In this document: positions 1-12,160 of the stretch, piece after piece
How the letters are laid out: each line of letters starts with the position of its first letter
Position numbering within the stretch: position 1 is the stretch's first letter
Sequence record: LR535904.1
DNA: 64,000 nucleotides
Strand: one strand, 5' to 3'
Notes under the pieces: model-generated
What the model was told of the DNA's origin: nothing
The model's input: only the letters and a program-made list of their open reading frames with translations
Databases searched by the model: none
Program-made: the position numbers and the translations under genes

Positions 1-340
1 CCGCTTTGTGAAGAGTTTATTCGCCCCACTCTTCATGATAATGCTTATTACGTTTATCTGTACGCTAAGTCGTTGAACAATTACGCAGAAGCTAAGGGGT
101 GGAACAGTCCTGAGGCGAAAAAGCTGGCAGGGAAAATGTTTGTTGCGGATGTGAACGCTTACTCCTCAACCGGAGATTGGCCTTTTCGTCCTTTAGAACA
201 CCCACCAGTTTATGCTGGTGCGATACTGGTGCTATTGTTGACAGGATGCCCTGGAGCCATCCGTCACGTAGACCCAGATTAGGAGATTATCAGTACGCTT
301 AATAATCCATGAGGAGCATACATGAAGTTATTTTTGGTGG
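1..340 (+). CDS. Lipoprotein, o-spanin-like (C-terminus truncated at window edge)
   Basis: Reordered: GAGGAG RBS, ATG at 322, MKLFLVAILVLLLTGC (lipobox) PGAIRHVDPDYSSTGDWPFRPLEHPP...YAKSLNNYAEAKG. Directly follows a TM protein gene. Spanin role is inferred from architecture. Confidence 0.6.
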
Positions 341-820
341 CCAAGAAATACCAGGCCGCTTCTCGCCCGGTAGGGTCGCAGGAGGCAAATGATTTCCGAC
401 CGCCTGTAGAACTCAAGCCGGTAACACCGCCGGCACCGTTAAATCCGTCTAGCCCACCTGCTCGACCGCCATATGATGGTACCAAATCTCCAACAGGAAC
501 AGGCACTGAGGCCGCGGTTCCCGATCATGGCGAAGTGGAGAACAATAAGTTGTACGATCGTCTCTTCACGTGCCTGGGTTTTAGCGTTCAATCGCGTACT
601 CAGTATCTGGAGATATCCTATAAGGAGCTAAAAGAGAAGTCACTGATCGCGTTCTCTGCATTTGTCTCATACGCCTACATTGTTCAATACCACACACTGG
701 AACCGGGCGAGGGGGAGAAAGTAACACGAGCCGGGAAAATAGTGACACTAGTGATAGTGGGCATGATAGCATCAGTTTTCAAACTGCTTCCATTCTTACA
801 AATGCTGTGGGAAGCATTTA
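281..820 (+). CDS. Membrane protein, i-spanin-like, 169 aa
   Basis: Reordered: GAGGTG RBS, ATG at 763, MIASVFKLLPFLQMLWEAFK...KIVTLVIVALIAFSAFVSYAYIVQY (TM), then a coiled segment, one Cys and a Pro-rich tail; TGA at 310-312. Confidence 0.55.
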
Positions 821-2260
821 AGAGCCGCTATTTGAATAAAGCCTTGTAAATCATACATAATTAAAAACTCTCCGAGGTGAGAATATGACAGCTCAGACAA
901 CTCACCTACCGGAGCGGTGTTGCCAGGGCCATTATCAATCAAAGCAACCAGTTCCACCTGCAGATTTTCTTTAGTAAAATACTGCTTGCTTTTAGCGAAC
1001 AGAACGTGGTCGCTAAAGACGGCCGGGGTCTTAATAGGCAACTCGTCACGTTTAGAAGTAACTTCGTCGTTTCTTAAGTTGCCCAGGATAGACTGTTGGT
1101 AGATCCATTGGGAAACAGTACCAGACTGAACACCGCTGATGACACTATTAAATTGCCCCAACAGCAAACGCTGGAATTCAGTTTCAAGTTTCCAACTGAC
1201 CCAACGTGGGAACCAGTTACTGTTAGTCTGAATCATCGCGGCAAACCAGAGAATAATCTGGTTATTCACATCAGATGGGTCTTCGACTTTATCTGCTGTG
1301 AATATCGGCATTTGGACTTCAATTTCAAATCCGGTATAGTCCTGATTGAAATCTTCATCATTGAACCCTTCCATTGCCTTTTCGACTACAGATTTCACAG
1401 CCAAGAAAGTATCAACCGGTAGGCTAGTGTACGGATAACCGTCAGCTAATTCGTTAATCTTATTATGGTGATCCGGAAGGGGTATCGGTAAGGTGGAATC
1501 AAAGTCTTCCTGGTCGTGCCAAGTATAGATGTTAGTAATCAACGCTTGTTTAATCCTGCTCGGGTTACGACCCGCGCGTCCGTAGATGATAGCCGACATC
1601 GGGAACACCTTGACACCCAACGCCACAGTAAAACTGGAGTTTGCCAAAATGTAATCACGCGGAATCCCACGAATTGACCAACCGGGAACAATTGTGAACT
1701 TGGTGGTCGTAAAGATTTCTTTGACCCAGAAATCATATGGGAGAATCGGCGAGTATAATGCCGCAACGTCTTCCTCATTTGCTCCACTATTTTTTTCCGT
1801 AATGGTTTGAACAGTCCACTCCCCAAATCGGGAGATTGCTGCGTTTAGTGATTTATAGATGGACGGTAAATCCGTTACATCGGTAGTTGGAGTTGAGATT
1901 GGAATCGTATCGTGCAGGGTCGTTTTGCGTGAATCGTTTTCAGGGCCTGCGATAACTACAGTGGTTTTCTTCGACATTCTCGCAATATCTGCATTGTTAG
2001 TGCCGATTAATGCGTAGTCGGAATGTGGGTGATACTCTTCCGCTGCGATTAACGCCTGGAAGAACAAGTCCAGCCACTCGACGTAGAAGTAAACGTTAGG
2101 ATCGACGTCGTCTACGAGCTTCACGATATCCAGCGGGGTGGGGACATCCCAAACAGCTTTGCGGGCCAAGACACGATACTCCACGTTATCGAATTCGAAG
2201 GAGGCGTGTTAGGCAACAGTTGTGCCATTTAACCCTCCTTAGGCTTCTGGCTCTGCCGCA
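821..2260 (-). CDS. phiKZ-like virion structural protein, about 459 aa
   Basis: Reordered N-terminus MYDLQGFIQIAALIDNGPGNTAPVGELSELSYS resembles, from recall, a conserved phiKZ-like virion protein family; ends AAEPEA*. Confidence 0.65.
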
Positions 2261-2860
2261 TCACTTTATCTGGCAACGTATAAGGTGCCTTAACCTTGAA
2301 CAACCCCTCAAGGTTAACCTAAACGTCAATATTATTACGTTGGAGTTTCGGAAAGTTCTGTACCGCGTCAACACGGTAAACATTAGCGTCGCTGATATAG
2401 TCGTCACGAGTTAGGCCGACAGGTTTATAATACTTGTTATTATCAGGCAACTCGTAGACTTGACCGTCCCTCGACTTTAATGTTACAATCGAGGCTTCGA
2501 TAACCACCACATTGCGTCTATAATTTAACCCGTTCAGTCCAGGATACGTCTCAATGTACGTTTTCAGGTCGTTCGTTAGCAGTGTGACATCGACGTATTC
2601 GGGTATTAATGCCAGGTCAACGTAATCCATCGATGTGATGTCCACACGTGCATCGATTCCTAAACCGCGTTCTAAGATGCGGATTTTGGCTTTACGCACC
2701 GCTTCCATTTGCAAGTGTTCCTCTTCCGTCACCGTCCCTTGCAGTTCTTGATTCTGCTTAGTGAGTGTTGCAACTTGTTCTGTCAGAGGAACCTGCTCAC
2801 TTCTTTAATTTGTTAACCCGTTATCTTTCAGGATTTTCAACATCGCATCATTCAACGCCT
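2201..2860 (-). CDS. Probable virion structural protein, about 207 aa
   Basis: Reordered: GGAGGG RBS, MAQLLPNTPQVNLEGLFKVKAPYTLPDKV...; ends MLKILKDNGLTN*. Confidence 0.6.
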
Positions 2861-4060
2861 TAAATAATGCGATAAAAAATAAAAGCCTACCTACTCCCTT
2901 GGGAGTAGGTAGTTCTTTTTGCTGCCGAAAAAGAAACGTACTGCTGCCACAATCAAAGCAATGGTGCGCGATATCATCGGTATCGTTGCACAGGTACAGA
3001 AAACTCTGAACCTGGATAAACTGTACGCGGAAATCCGCAAGGAACTGGGCAAGATGCAGGAGCAGACCGTCGAAGTGAAAATCGACGAAGAGCAAATGCA
3101 CCTCGGTATCGAACGTCCGAAATCAACCGCATATCCGGTATCGGTTGCCAGCGTTATTCACATTCTGGAAAACTTGGTTGATATCGAAAATGTGTTTATT
3201 GACGACGAAATCTTTGTTACGGATTACACCTACAAACGTCCATACCCGAATGCGTCGGAAGATGAAGACCACGATGAAATCGGCGAAGTAACCTGGGAAG
3301 GTTTCGTACAACTCGCAGATAAACTCGGTTATGACGTGTGCATCGACTGGGTGAAAGTCTTTACGGCCAACCCCGGTTTCCGTGGTCAGACTATCAACCC
3401 TGACAATGACGAAGTGGGAGATCGTTACGCGCCGCTGGAAGAGTGTCGTAACATCGCGAATGACGGTAAACCACACTCAGTTACTTTCGAGCGTTGTGAA
3501 GCAGAGCATGTTGAAGAGACTGAATTGACTCATGTCCAGTGGACTATCGAAGACTGGCGTGCTGCCTCCGTTATCTTCGGTGAGTTGATTAAACCAGTAA
3601 GTGCCCCACAAGGTCGTGCTAAGGTTGGGCATTGTTACATAGGTGTTGATGGTGTCTGGTATGCCATTGCACATTCTGACGGATTCTTCTTCGAACCAGG
3701 TATGCTGGGTGTAGCTTTCCAAAATTGCCACGCGCCTTATAACTGGTCTATTCTCGTTGAAACTCTTCAGTTTGATAACCTGCCACCACTGAAATATTCG
3801 CCAGATGACCGTTGGGGAAGCAATGTGGAGGCTTATCTGCCGCTGCCGCACCTGCGTAATAAGTTGTGCCTTTCTTCTCAACAACACGTCACTGGCACCG
3901 GTGTTATCAACCCGGATCTTTACAATGCGCTGGTCGATAATGACCGTGCGTATGTGCTTAGCTACGAAGGTATTCGTGCATATTCAGAAGCTCTGATTGC
4001 AAGGACTATTAACATGCAATTTCCAATTTCCGTAATCGAAGATATGGCTCGTGTAGTACG
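2861..4060 (+). CDS. Hypothetical protein, about 377 aa
   Basis: Reordered: AAGGA RBS, ATG at 4014, MQFPISVIEDMARVVRDRAYVLSYEG...; ends RDIIGK*. No motif recognised. Confidence 0.7.
2887..2920. terminator. Bidirectional intrinsic terminator
   Basis: CTACCTACTCCC-tt-GGGAGTAGGTAG with flanking A and T tracts, between convergent genes. Confidence 0.8.
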
Positions 4061-4420
4061 CGACCGTAACTAGTTTTTTACAGCAGTAACTAATCATCTG
4101 AAAATACCATTGACTTTTATCATACGTGGTTTCATAACCCGATTCTTTCGCTGGCGGAGTACCTGGCACGTCTTTAATTCACTCACGTCTCCATGGGCGC
4201 AACTCTTTCTTACCATCTGGATGTTGTTCTCAGGCTACCATAGTTTGTTATTCTCTACGGTAATGTTGGTGATCGGTGCGATTGTCGCGCATCTGATGGA
4301 TTTAATAAATATTCTCTACTGGATGGAGAAACGCTATAGCCACAACATTCCGATGATGTAGGTCAGACCTTCGGGTCTGACCACCTTTTATTTAATTCTT
4401 GGGTGTGTGTTCGTGAAACG
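4061..4420 (+). CDS. Small membrane protein, 86 aa
   Basis: Reordered: MKRLINILYWMEKRYSHNIPMMYSLLFSTVMLVIGAIVAHLMELTSPWAQLFLTIWMLFSGYH...; two hydrophobic segments. Confidence 0.6.
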
Positions 4421-5020
4421 CGTGCTCGAATATGCAGTGGTACCGAACCAGCCGTTCTTTGAGGCCGAAGCGTAATTAACGGAAAAACTGGCAACGTGCC
4501 ACAAACTGTGGCGAGCAGAAGATGCCCCAGAACATCTTTTACTGCAGAAACTGTTCTTCGGCGATCGTGCTTTCTGCCAGCTCAGCTGGTTGACCATCCT
4601 GTCGGCGGGTTACGATAAAGAACTCGACTTCAAACAGGCGTATATGGATGTGTCGATTGCTTGTGGTTTACGTCCAGCAATTAACGAAACCGAAGCAGGC
4701 TTCGTGCTGACGTGGCGACATGATGACGAAGACGAAGGTATCGAATTCGACTGGAACGTTAATCTGGCGCTGATGTGGATGTACGGCGAATGGTTCGCAG
4801 AGAACCACGGTTTCTACGACGCGTTAAACGCGGCGTTTGGCGTTGAGCGTCCTATCGGTGAAGTCGATGGGGAAGCTGTCGAAGCACCTGTCTACGTTGA
4901 CAAAGACGTTTACGAACTGATTCGCGCGGGTGCGGAACACGTTCAAACCAATCCGAACTATTTGACACTCGTAACACGCCCCTGGTATCCAGGTCTTAAA
5001 ACAGCCGCACAAATCACCGC
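4421..5020 (+). CDS. Hypothetical protein, 197 aa
   Basis: Reordered: TTG start at 4962 overlapping the upstream TGA; MTLVTRPWYPGLKTAAQITAKDVYELIR...FFEAEA*. Confidence 0.6.
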
Positions 5021-5740
5021 AAATATCACCTGCGGCCGGTACATTACTGGCAAATAACACTATCATGAAAGGAGCATTGCAGGAAGACCACGACCAACGC
5101 GTCGCCGAACTTCAGAAAATCTGGGATACGCTGTACACCACATTCTACGGTGCGAAAATGACACCACCGAAAGCTGAAACACGTCAGCTTGCTTTTGCGA
5201 TGATTAAAAAGAAATCACCGGTCGGGAAACGCTGGATGGCCAGCTACCGAAAAGACGCAGAGCCGAGCACAGCCGAAATCGCTTTAGGCTACCGCTTCGG
5301 TGAGGGTGCTGCTGTTGCGAAGCTTGCTGCCGTTTACATGAAACACATCGAGGAACATCTGACAAAACAACTCAAACGCAATGGGAAACAACTTAACATC
5401 CCAAAGAATGCGGACCTTAATAAACCGAAGTATGCTGTACGCAGTGCTAGTAGTGTTGTCCAAATGACGACAGGCACTAAACGCTCCATGATACGTCTGT
5501 TCGCGACCACCATTTATCGTGAATCCCGTTTTAATAAAAACGTGGGTAAGAATAAATCGAATGAGATTAAACCTCTCATCGTCACCGCATCTCGAAAACA
5601 AGGCGTACATGCCGGGATGCCTTACCAGACCACCAGTAACAAACACCAAAAAGAATTCGTCCTTATCCAGGACCAGTTCACCATGTTTCGCACCATTTTA
5701 TTTCTTCTGGTAGCAATGACTACGTTCAACAGCAACGCTT
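4961..5740 (+). CDS. Lytic transglycosylase (SLT family, phiKZ gp144-like catalytic domain) with N-terminal signal peptide, about 240 aa
   Basis: Reordered: ATG at 5683, MFRTILFLLVAMTTFNSNAS; LATTIYRESRFNKNV..SSASSVVQM (catalytic E-S); KYAVQLAAVYMK..KRKPSTAEIALGYRFGEGAA. Confidence 0.7.
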
Positions 5741-5800
5741 CCGTCCGCGCCGTCTTCCCGGATTGGGAACGGAAAAGTATAAATCCGTTTGGAGATACAT

Positions 5801-6340
5801 TCATCCCAAATAGTTTCAAATAGATATTATCATCAGGGCACATTACAAAGGAGCACAATGACACGGAGCAGACTTATCGATTCTATTTACCGGACACCCT
5901 GCTGAGGGAAGCAGAGAAAAGTTGGTTACGTTACCATGAGCGATTGGAAATCTTTATACACTTACAGAAACGACTACAGCCGCGACTAGGGGAAGACTTA
6001 GAAGGAGGGATTGCGATACCGCCCCTAGGGATGGCTAACGAAACCCATTTTCGCTATAAATCGCAGATTTACTATGTCACGTCCGGCATTGATGCGCTGG
6101 AAATCGTTATCGGTGAGGTCTATTGTTATCCTGAGGAAGGGGTAATACTCCTTCCTACTACGTGCCGAGAACGCTTCCCATCGCTTTATAATGACTATCG
6201 CCAGAAATGCCGTAAAGAGCAGCGCTTCAAGGTCGTTACAGTTAACTGCGTTGGTGCAATGGGAAGGGGCATTGCCTTGGAGATGTCACTCGAACTGATC
6301 GACGAGGCCGTTATCTCCCACGACTTGTTTAACGCGCCTG
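5801..6340 (+). CDS. Macro domain protein (Poa1p/DarG-like ADP-ribosylhydrolase), 166 aa
   Basis: Reordered: VVTVNCVGAMGRGIALACRERFPSLYNDYRQKC...ILLPTKTHFRYKS...GIAIPPLGMANG; both macro-domain glycine motifs are present in the correct order. Confidence 0.8.
5814..5838 (+). promoter_or_regulatory. Putative phage early-promoter motif
   Basis: TTTCAAATAGATATTATCATCAGGG, upstream of the transglycosylase gene in true order; similar to motifs at 14578 and 18369. Confidence 0.35.
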
Positions 6341-6580
6341 TCTTACTGAGCTGGAATCGTTGCTTCAGTCTCCGGTTATTTCACAATGGGGTATGGCAAT
6401 GGGCGCAGGCAAACCTGACCCGGAAGTCCGTAAGTTGCGCGAAGAAGCAAAAGCCAGAGTCGGAATAACGGTTGGTTCTTTCTGTGGCTTCCCTACCCCA
6501 CAAACAGAACCCCAATATTTTTTCGAGTCAGCGGTACAAGCCTGGGTGAAAAGGAATAGCTAAATGCAAAAAACAATCAT
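6281..6580 (+). CDS. Hypothetical protein, 82 aa
   Basis: Reordered: ATG at 6564 immediately after TAA; MQKTIIIGITVGSFCGFPTPQ...YLPRLV*. Confidence 0.5.
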
Positions 6581-7000
6581 AATTACGAATAGCCTCAACA
6601 CTATGTTGGCAATGAAACGGCTCGGTATCGAACACGAAGGCTTAGGTGTTGACCCGGAGAAGTGTTGGCGTAAGATGGACGACCATCGCTACCGTGAAGA
6701 GATTACCCGCCCTAAATTCTGGCGGCCTGGTATGGTGCGTGAGGCGTATCTACTCCAACGGGAAACGCCGGTTAGTATTCTCGCGCACACGTTGGACATG
6801 ACGCCCATGATTGAAATCGCACCTGAAACCAAAGCAAATGTTCAGTGGTGGTTACGTTTAGCGCTACGTGATAAAGTTGGAACAAAATCACTATACGATC
6901 ATTTATCAGAAGAAGAAACAGCCTTATTCTACGACCTGTTACCACGACTGGGAGGCAACTTTACCCTAAGGAGCATTAAAATGGTTACCGCTATTCGCGA
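6521..7000 (+). CDS. Hypothetical protein, 140 aa
   Basis: Reordered: AAGGAG RBS, ATG at 6981, MVTAIRETKSLYDHLSEEETALFYDLLPE...QAWVKRNS*. Confidence 0.6.
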
Positions 7001-7240
7001 ATGATACTCCGCTGAGTACGTGTATTAAAGCAGCGCTTGGTACGCTGCCTGAGCCTCACCAGTTCTTACCCGTAAATCCTAAACACATCAACGTGGGTAC
7101 TATCGGGCGTGTTGCGTTCGGTCCTGGGTTTTCAGCTTTAAACACCGATGTCTGTTGGGCTGAGTACGAGCGGGTGAAGGCGATTATGCCTCACTATGAG
7201 TGGGGTATTTTTACGCGAGGAGTGCTATTTATGTTTCACC
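6941..7240 (+). CDS. Small protein with EF-Tu N-terminus-like motif, 72 aa
   Basis: Reordered: GAGGAG RBS, ATG at 7231, ...PKHINVGTIGRVAFDDTPLSTCIKAAL...; absent from the track. Confidence 0.5.
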
Positions 7241-7780
7241 TGCGGAAGCAGATGAACCTTTAAGGACTGCGGTAGCATAGTCCTGTTTTAGCACTCCTTA
7301 CGGTTTTGACAAGACCGTCTCTACAGACGGACAATGGCTTGAATTTAAGAAGCAGGTTCCCAGTGCGCATGGGGGAATATACGCTTGCCAGGAAGCTGGT
7401 ATTGCGTTCTTTACCGCTCGACGCCGTCGTAAAACGATGACGCAGATTTTTGATGCGCTTGATGTGAATGAACAGTTCACTTTGTATCGCGTAATCGCTG
7501 GGGTTCTGAAGATTCGTACGATGTTCGTGTCTGAAATGGCACTGTTGGCGGGGAACCGTGCTTGTGTTGCTCTGGAAGGGGGTACCCCTGTTGGTTACTG
7601 CCACCAACGTACCATACTCCATATCGAAAAAGGTGAGATTCCGAACCTCACTCTGGAGAACTCAGATTTAACGGAAGCACAAAATAAACAGCTGTTGGGG
7701 CTGCATTATAAATTTCTGAAGCAGGTGAAAGCTCACTTAGGAATTCAGCTCATGGCCGAAATTGTCATTCTTTCCTCATC
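7241..7780 (+). CDS. GNAT-family acetyltransferase-like protein, 162 aa
   Basis: Reordered: ACVALEGGTPVGYCLY..LKIRTMFVSEMARRRKTMTQIFDAL..GIAFFTARGF, matching the GNAT motif A/B layout. Confidence 0.6.
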
Positions 7781-7840
7781 TAAGCTTTACCGGTAAACTT
7801 AAGAAAACACAAACGCAATTCTTCGTTACTCGCTTTCATC

Positions 7841-8200
7841 GCTGATTAAAGACACGGTTCCGACAGAGAACTGGTCTTCACCTCTGGCGGTATACACCGC
7901 GCCATGAGCGAATGTGGCGACGGAAGGTTACCTCAGCATCGCGACGTTTTCAACGTCGTTGGCCGGATGATTTTGCAGTTTCACGTACAGTCGGGGAAGA
8001 CTGGCGTGGTAATCAGAAGCGCGTGGGGATGGCTATAGGGTCTTCAAAGAACCTTCTAGCAGACATCGCGGAAGTCTGCGCTGATCCCGTGGTCGTGGGT
8101 TCAGGGGCGGCCGAGCCAACCCGGCGTATCGTTCTTTCGAGGTTTTAACAGGAGGGTAATTACGAAGTGGGAGAAGTATCATGTAACAGTGAAACAGTCT
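7841..8200 (+). CDS. Hypothetical protein, about 92 aa
   Basis: Reordered: AGGAGG RBS, GTG start, MGEVSCNSETVSDPVVVG...basic tail RRKVTSASRRFQRRC*. Confidence 0.4.
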
Positions 8201-8920
8201 GCCTGATACTAGGAGCGGGCGCATACGCCCTAGGCGCAATCCTTGCATTGACGCAAGGTTATCGGAGCGTTTGTAGCAACATGGTTATTTTAGTGAAATG
8301 GGTTGGGTGTATCGTCTGTAACGGGTGCGTATGGTGGTGCCACATGGACAGATGTTGGTATCACGCTTATCATTTGCGCACGCGTTTAAGGGACCCGGCT
8401 TATGACAGTCGTGAATAGTGTCAACGCGGCGATGATTGCAGCTTAGTTGTTTTGGTGTTCTTAGAAGGGGTTTACTTCGGTAATCTGTGGAGCAAGCCCC
8501 TAATGCACACTGTGGTGCTGATGGGTATTTTCATGTCTCGCGCCACGCCTGCCTTTTGGGAGGATGGGCGTTCCATGGCAAGACGTAAACCTGGTCGTTT
8601 AAAGTTTTGGGCAGTTGTGGATTAACCGGTATTGCACTGTGGTTGATTCGTGGTGCCTGGGGTTGGATTATCCGCACGAATGTTCGACACGCGTTGTGAG
8701 TGGCGAGATATAGGAGAACGGACATGATTGAAGGTATCGTGTGCAACCGTAGTGGTTATCGCTGCGGTCGTTTATTTAGCTGCTGCTCTTAAAGAACGTC
8801 GGGCTTGGTGGGGTTTTCAGTTCCTTCAGTTTGTTGTGATGGTACTGTACCTCTCCTTTTTCCACCGGTTTATAACGAAGGGGTAATAATCAAATATGCA
8901 TCATAAAGGTTGGCGCTTAT
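8141..8920 (+). CDS. Run of five tiny hydrophobic ORFs (about 31-67 aa)
   Basis: Reordered: MHHKGWRLWAWWGFQFLQFVVMVLY..., MIEGIVLTGIALWLIRGAWG..., MARRKPGRLKFWAVVVMHTVVLMG..., MTVVNSVNAAMIATG...TWLF*, MKWVGCIVCSLILGAGAYALG...; tightly packed or overlapping. Confidence 0.5.
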
Positions 8921-11440
8921 AGTTCATTCTAAACTTAACGAAGCCACCTACTGTGTCGTGGAGCCAGAAGGTGTAACGCTTAAATCGTTGGCGTTGTCGG
9001 GAGAGTTTTCTCAATTGCTGGTCGTTTCGCATGAAGCGGAATTGGATGAACCCTCTGAAGGCATGGATGAGGAACACAAAAATCGACTGGTCAACTTCAT
9101 TAACATGATGTTTCGTTTAACGGCGTATAAAGCGCTTGGTTTACAAAACTATCCTTTGTTAGACCATGAAGAACTGGTGCCGGATGTGAAGAAAGGTTCG
9201 AAGGCACAGCGTATTATCTTGGTTATTCCATGCGATCTAACCGACGGGGATTTGGATTATACTTTCCCGGTGCGATTAAATACCCGCATCATGGATTTAA
9301 TGAATCGGTATATCGAAATGGTGTGGGCATATCCGATGCAGATTATCAATGCCGTCTCACCCGAAAAAGGATTATTGCGTCGTTACTTTTATGCTGCGAT
9401 TTTAGCGGAATTGGAAAAAGAGCAAGCTGAGTTGCTCAAAGAACACCATCATGCCAGATTGCTCGATGCGTACACTTCCGCTCGTGAACGGTTTCGTCAA
9501 ATGGAAGGGGCTATTGCACGAATGAACATCTCCGTTAACAACGTCGTGGTTCGCGAGTTGTTAAACCGACGCGAAGCGAAGCAACAAACCAAAGAAGCAA
9601 TCGAACGTTTCCAAAAAGGCTACGAACATCTGGTATCGGACCGTCGACTGATAGAATACCGCAGACAAGCCAATGAGCTGGAACGCGAAACCACCCAACT
9701 TGTTGATGGTGCGCTGAGTCAGAAAATTGAACACATCCGTTCACAACTAGACGGGGCTAAATCGGCGAAGCTTGCAACAGCGGAACGGGAATGGCAAGAG
9801 GCTGTTGCCGCAGTAGGTAATGGTGCCATTGCACGTGCCTTTACCGAAGAGTTAGATTCGGCCATGATGTATCTGCGTCACGGTTTGTTTTTCCGTAAAC
9901 TGCAGGAGCTGGATATCTTCACCACGTCGCGGGATCGTTACGTCCGCAGCCTACGTACGATTCGCGAAATCGTCATGTCGTATTCCAACCATCCCGTTGT
10001 GAAGCAGCTGAAAGACGAAATGGATAGTCTTTTGCGTGACCGCAAAGAGATTGAAGAGGATGGGATTCGTAAGTCGTTACCTGAAATTGAAAAGGCCATC
10101 AACGATAATGAAGGTTGGAATCAACACTTCTTAGAAACTGCAGAAGTTGATTGTCCACAGTGTAACCACCGTTTCCGTCCGGGTCTATCTGAAAAGCTGC
10201 AACGTTGTGAGAACGTGCTACACGGTTTATACCACGACCGGACAACAGATCGCCTGGGAGCGTTAGAGAAGCGTTTACAGGGTATGGATTTAACCTCTGC
10301 CGCGTTAAACGATGCGTGTAACTGGAATTTACCGTTGTCCATGCATCTGGACCAGTTAAAGAACTGGATGTTCCCGGCTCTGTTTGAAGGTACCCGCATT
10401 GATGTGGATAGCATTCAGAACCATACCGGTCTAAAACAAACAATCGACAGCTTAAAACAGGAACTGGCAACGTTCCAACACAATAAAGAGTTGTCACAGC
10501 TACTGGATGAGGAGTCGCGTCAAGCGTATCTGATGCGCAAAAGTCGTGTGGTTGCCTGGCGTGAGCAAGCTGCCTCTGCTGAAACTGAATGCAACATGTA
10601 AAAACTCATTATGGAACGTTATGGCGTTCTGCCTTCTGACGAACTGATTAACGAGTTTCAAGATAACGCCGTTTCGGTTGATAGTATCCGGAAACGCATT
10701 GCTTCGTTGCAACCGGCTGTGAAAGAACTCGATGCTGAGCTTCAGGAATTAAACCGCACAATTGAAGCGAGACCCGGTTTTGAGGCAAAAATGCGCGTCG
10801 TTGATGATGAAGAAGATCGTGCACGTTTAGAAGTTCGTTTTTTGCGTAAACTCGCTTCCAGTTTAAGTGGGGCCATTGAGCACACCGGACGAAAAATCGG
10901 TAAATGGTTTACGTTAATGTCAGAATCTGATCTGACGTACGTTGTTGGTTGCTATCGACGAATCAAAGAGTTAATTAATGGTGAGACCTTATTAACTGAC
11001 GCCACTACCGAAGTTCGTCGCTCGGTAAACGCCAAAGTTTACAACTCCATGGTGGAGCAATTAACCGGAATCACCAAAGATCGTGGCTCTTCTCTGTCTT
11101 GTAGTATCTTCAACATCACTAAAGGTGTCTCCATCGTAGATGGTTCCTACACTAACTACGCGTTAGTTGGGGACGACCGTCTTAAGTTTGAAGTCCTGCG
11201 AACAAGCCTCCTATCTGTTTTTCTCCCCTTAGCTCCAGCAAAATCAGAATTCCGTGAAGGGTTTGATTTCACCCTTAAGTCAACCGTTACCATCATCCTC
11301 GGTGGCAACGGCTGCGGTAACAAGGTCGAACGTATCATTTTGAAAGGATTTACCGGCATGGGGTTACATGAAATCGAAACTTACGCATGACCTTTTGGAT
11401 ATGAACGACTAATACTTTCTCATTAGAAGGCAAACATGCT
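8861..11440 (+). CDS. sbcC: SbcC/Rad50-like SMC ATPase, about 836 aa (single gene)
   Basis: Reordered: ATG at 11436, Walker A GGNGCGKTS, coiled coils, zinc hook CPQC, signature-like GSKAQ, Walker B LLDEP, FSQLLVVSH. The track split at 10601 is a junction-made TAA. Confidence 0.9.
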
Positions 11441-12160
11441 TAAGTTTATTCCGCAATAACTCTCCTCTCTGGAACCCTTCGGGGTTCCATTTCTTCTTTT
11501 GGCGTGGTATGAATTAACCAAAGAGCGCACCGATATTTTTTGGGAATCACTCGGACACCGCGAACTGTTCAAATTCCTGCTTACTGAAACGTTAAAGGTT
11601 GTCGATTCTGATGCCGGGCGAATCAAAACCGGCTATTTAATCCCGATATATCTCGACGGCGTGGCACCCGGTCGTAGTGCGGTCGGTAGCGCTGCTGACG
11701 CCTGGGTTGTTGGCCAGCACCAATCGCAACCGTACGAAGATTCAATAATGGCTGATACAGTTAACTGGATTTCTGATGAGTTGACGGTAAACACCACTTT
11801 AGATTTGGCTGGTTCGGTGGAGCAACCTAAACGTTTGGTTTTCTTCTACGTCAATGGCGATGCTCTACCTATTGCAGAACGTAACCCTAACAATACGATC
11901 TTTACCGGAACCACTGCATTATTGGTGAAGTGGTTTAAAGAAGCACTGCCGCGTAGCTGGGAACAGCTCGAAGCGTGGTTTACCAAACTGCGTATCAATC
12001 TGATGGAAGAAGAAGTCGAAGGGTTTCTGGAATACCCGCGGATTACCCTGATTCGTTTCATCGACGACATGGTGACGTGTCAGAAAGCGAATCGTCAGGA
12101 ACGAGAGGTAGCCTACGGGCTACCTTCTTTTTTTGTTGAAGAAGGATTAAACATGAACGA
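11441..12160 (+). CDS. Hypothetical protein, about 208 aa
   Basis: Reordered: ATG at 12153, MNEITLIRFIDDMVTCQKANRQDTKLRINL...; ends KFIPQ*, followed by hairpin GGAACCC-ttcg-GGGTTCC and a T tract. Confidence 0.65.

Noticed and set aside
5741-5860. 14-codon upstream ORF (MPSAPSSRIGNGKV) with AAGGAG RBS before the transglycosylase
   Set aside because: It overlaps a hairpin and could be a leader peptide, but there is no independent support.
8910-11390. Split or pseudogenised sbcC, or an intron/intein at 10601
   Set aside because: The frame is continuous across the corrected junctions (AV|KLIM and FQ|SRVV).
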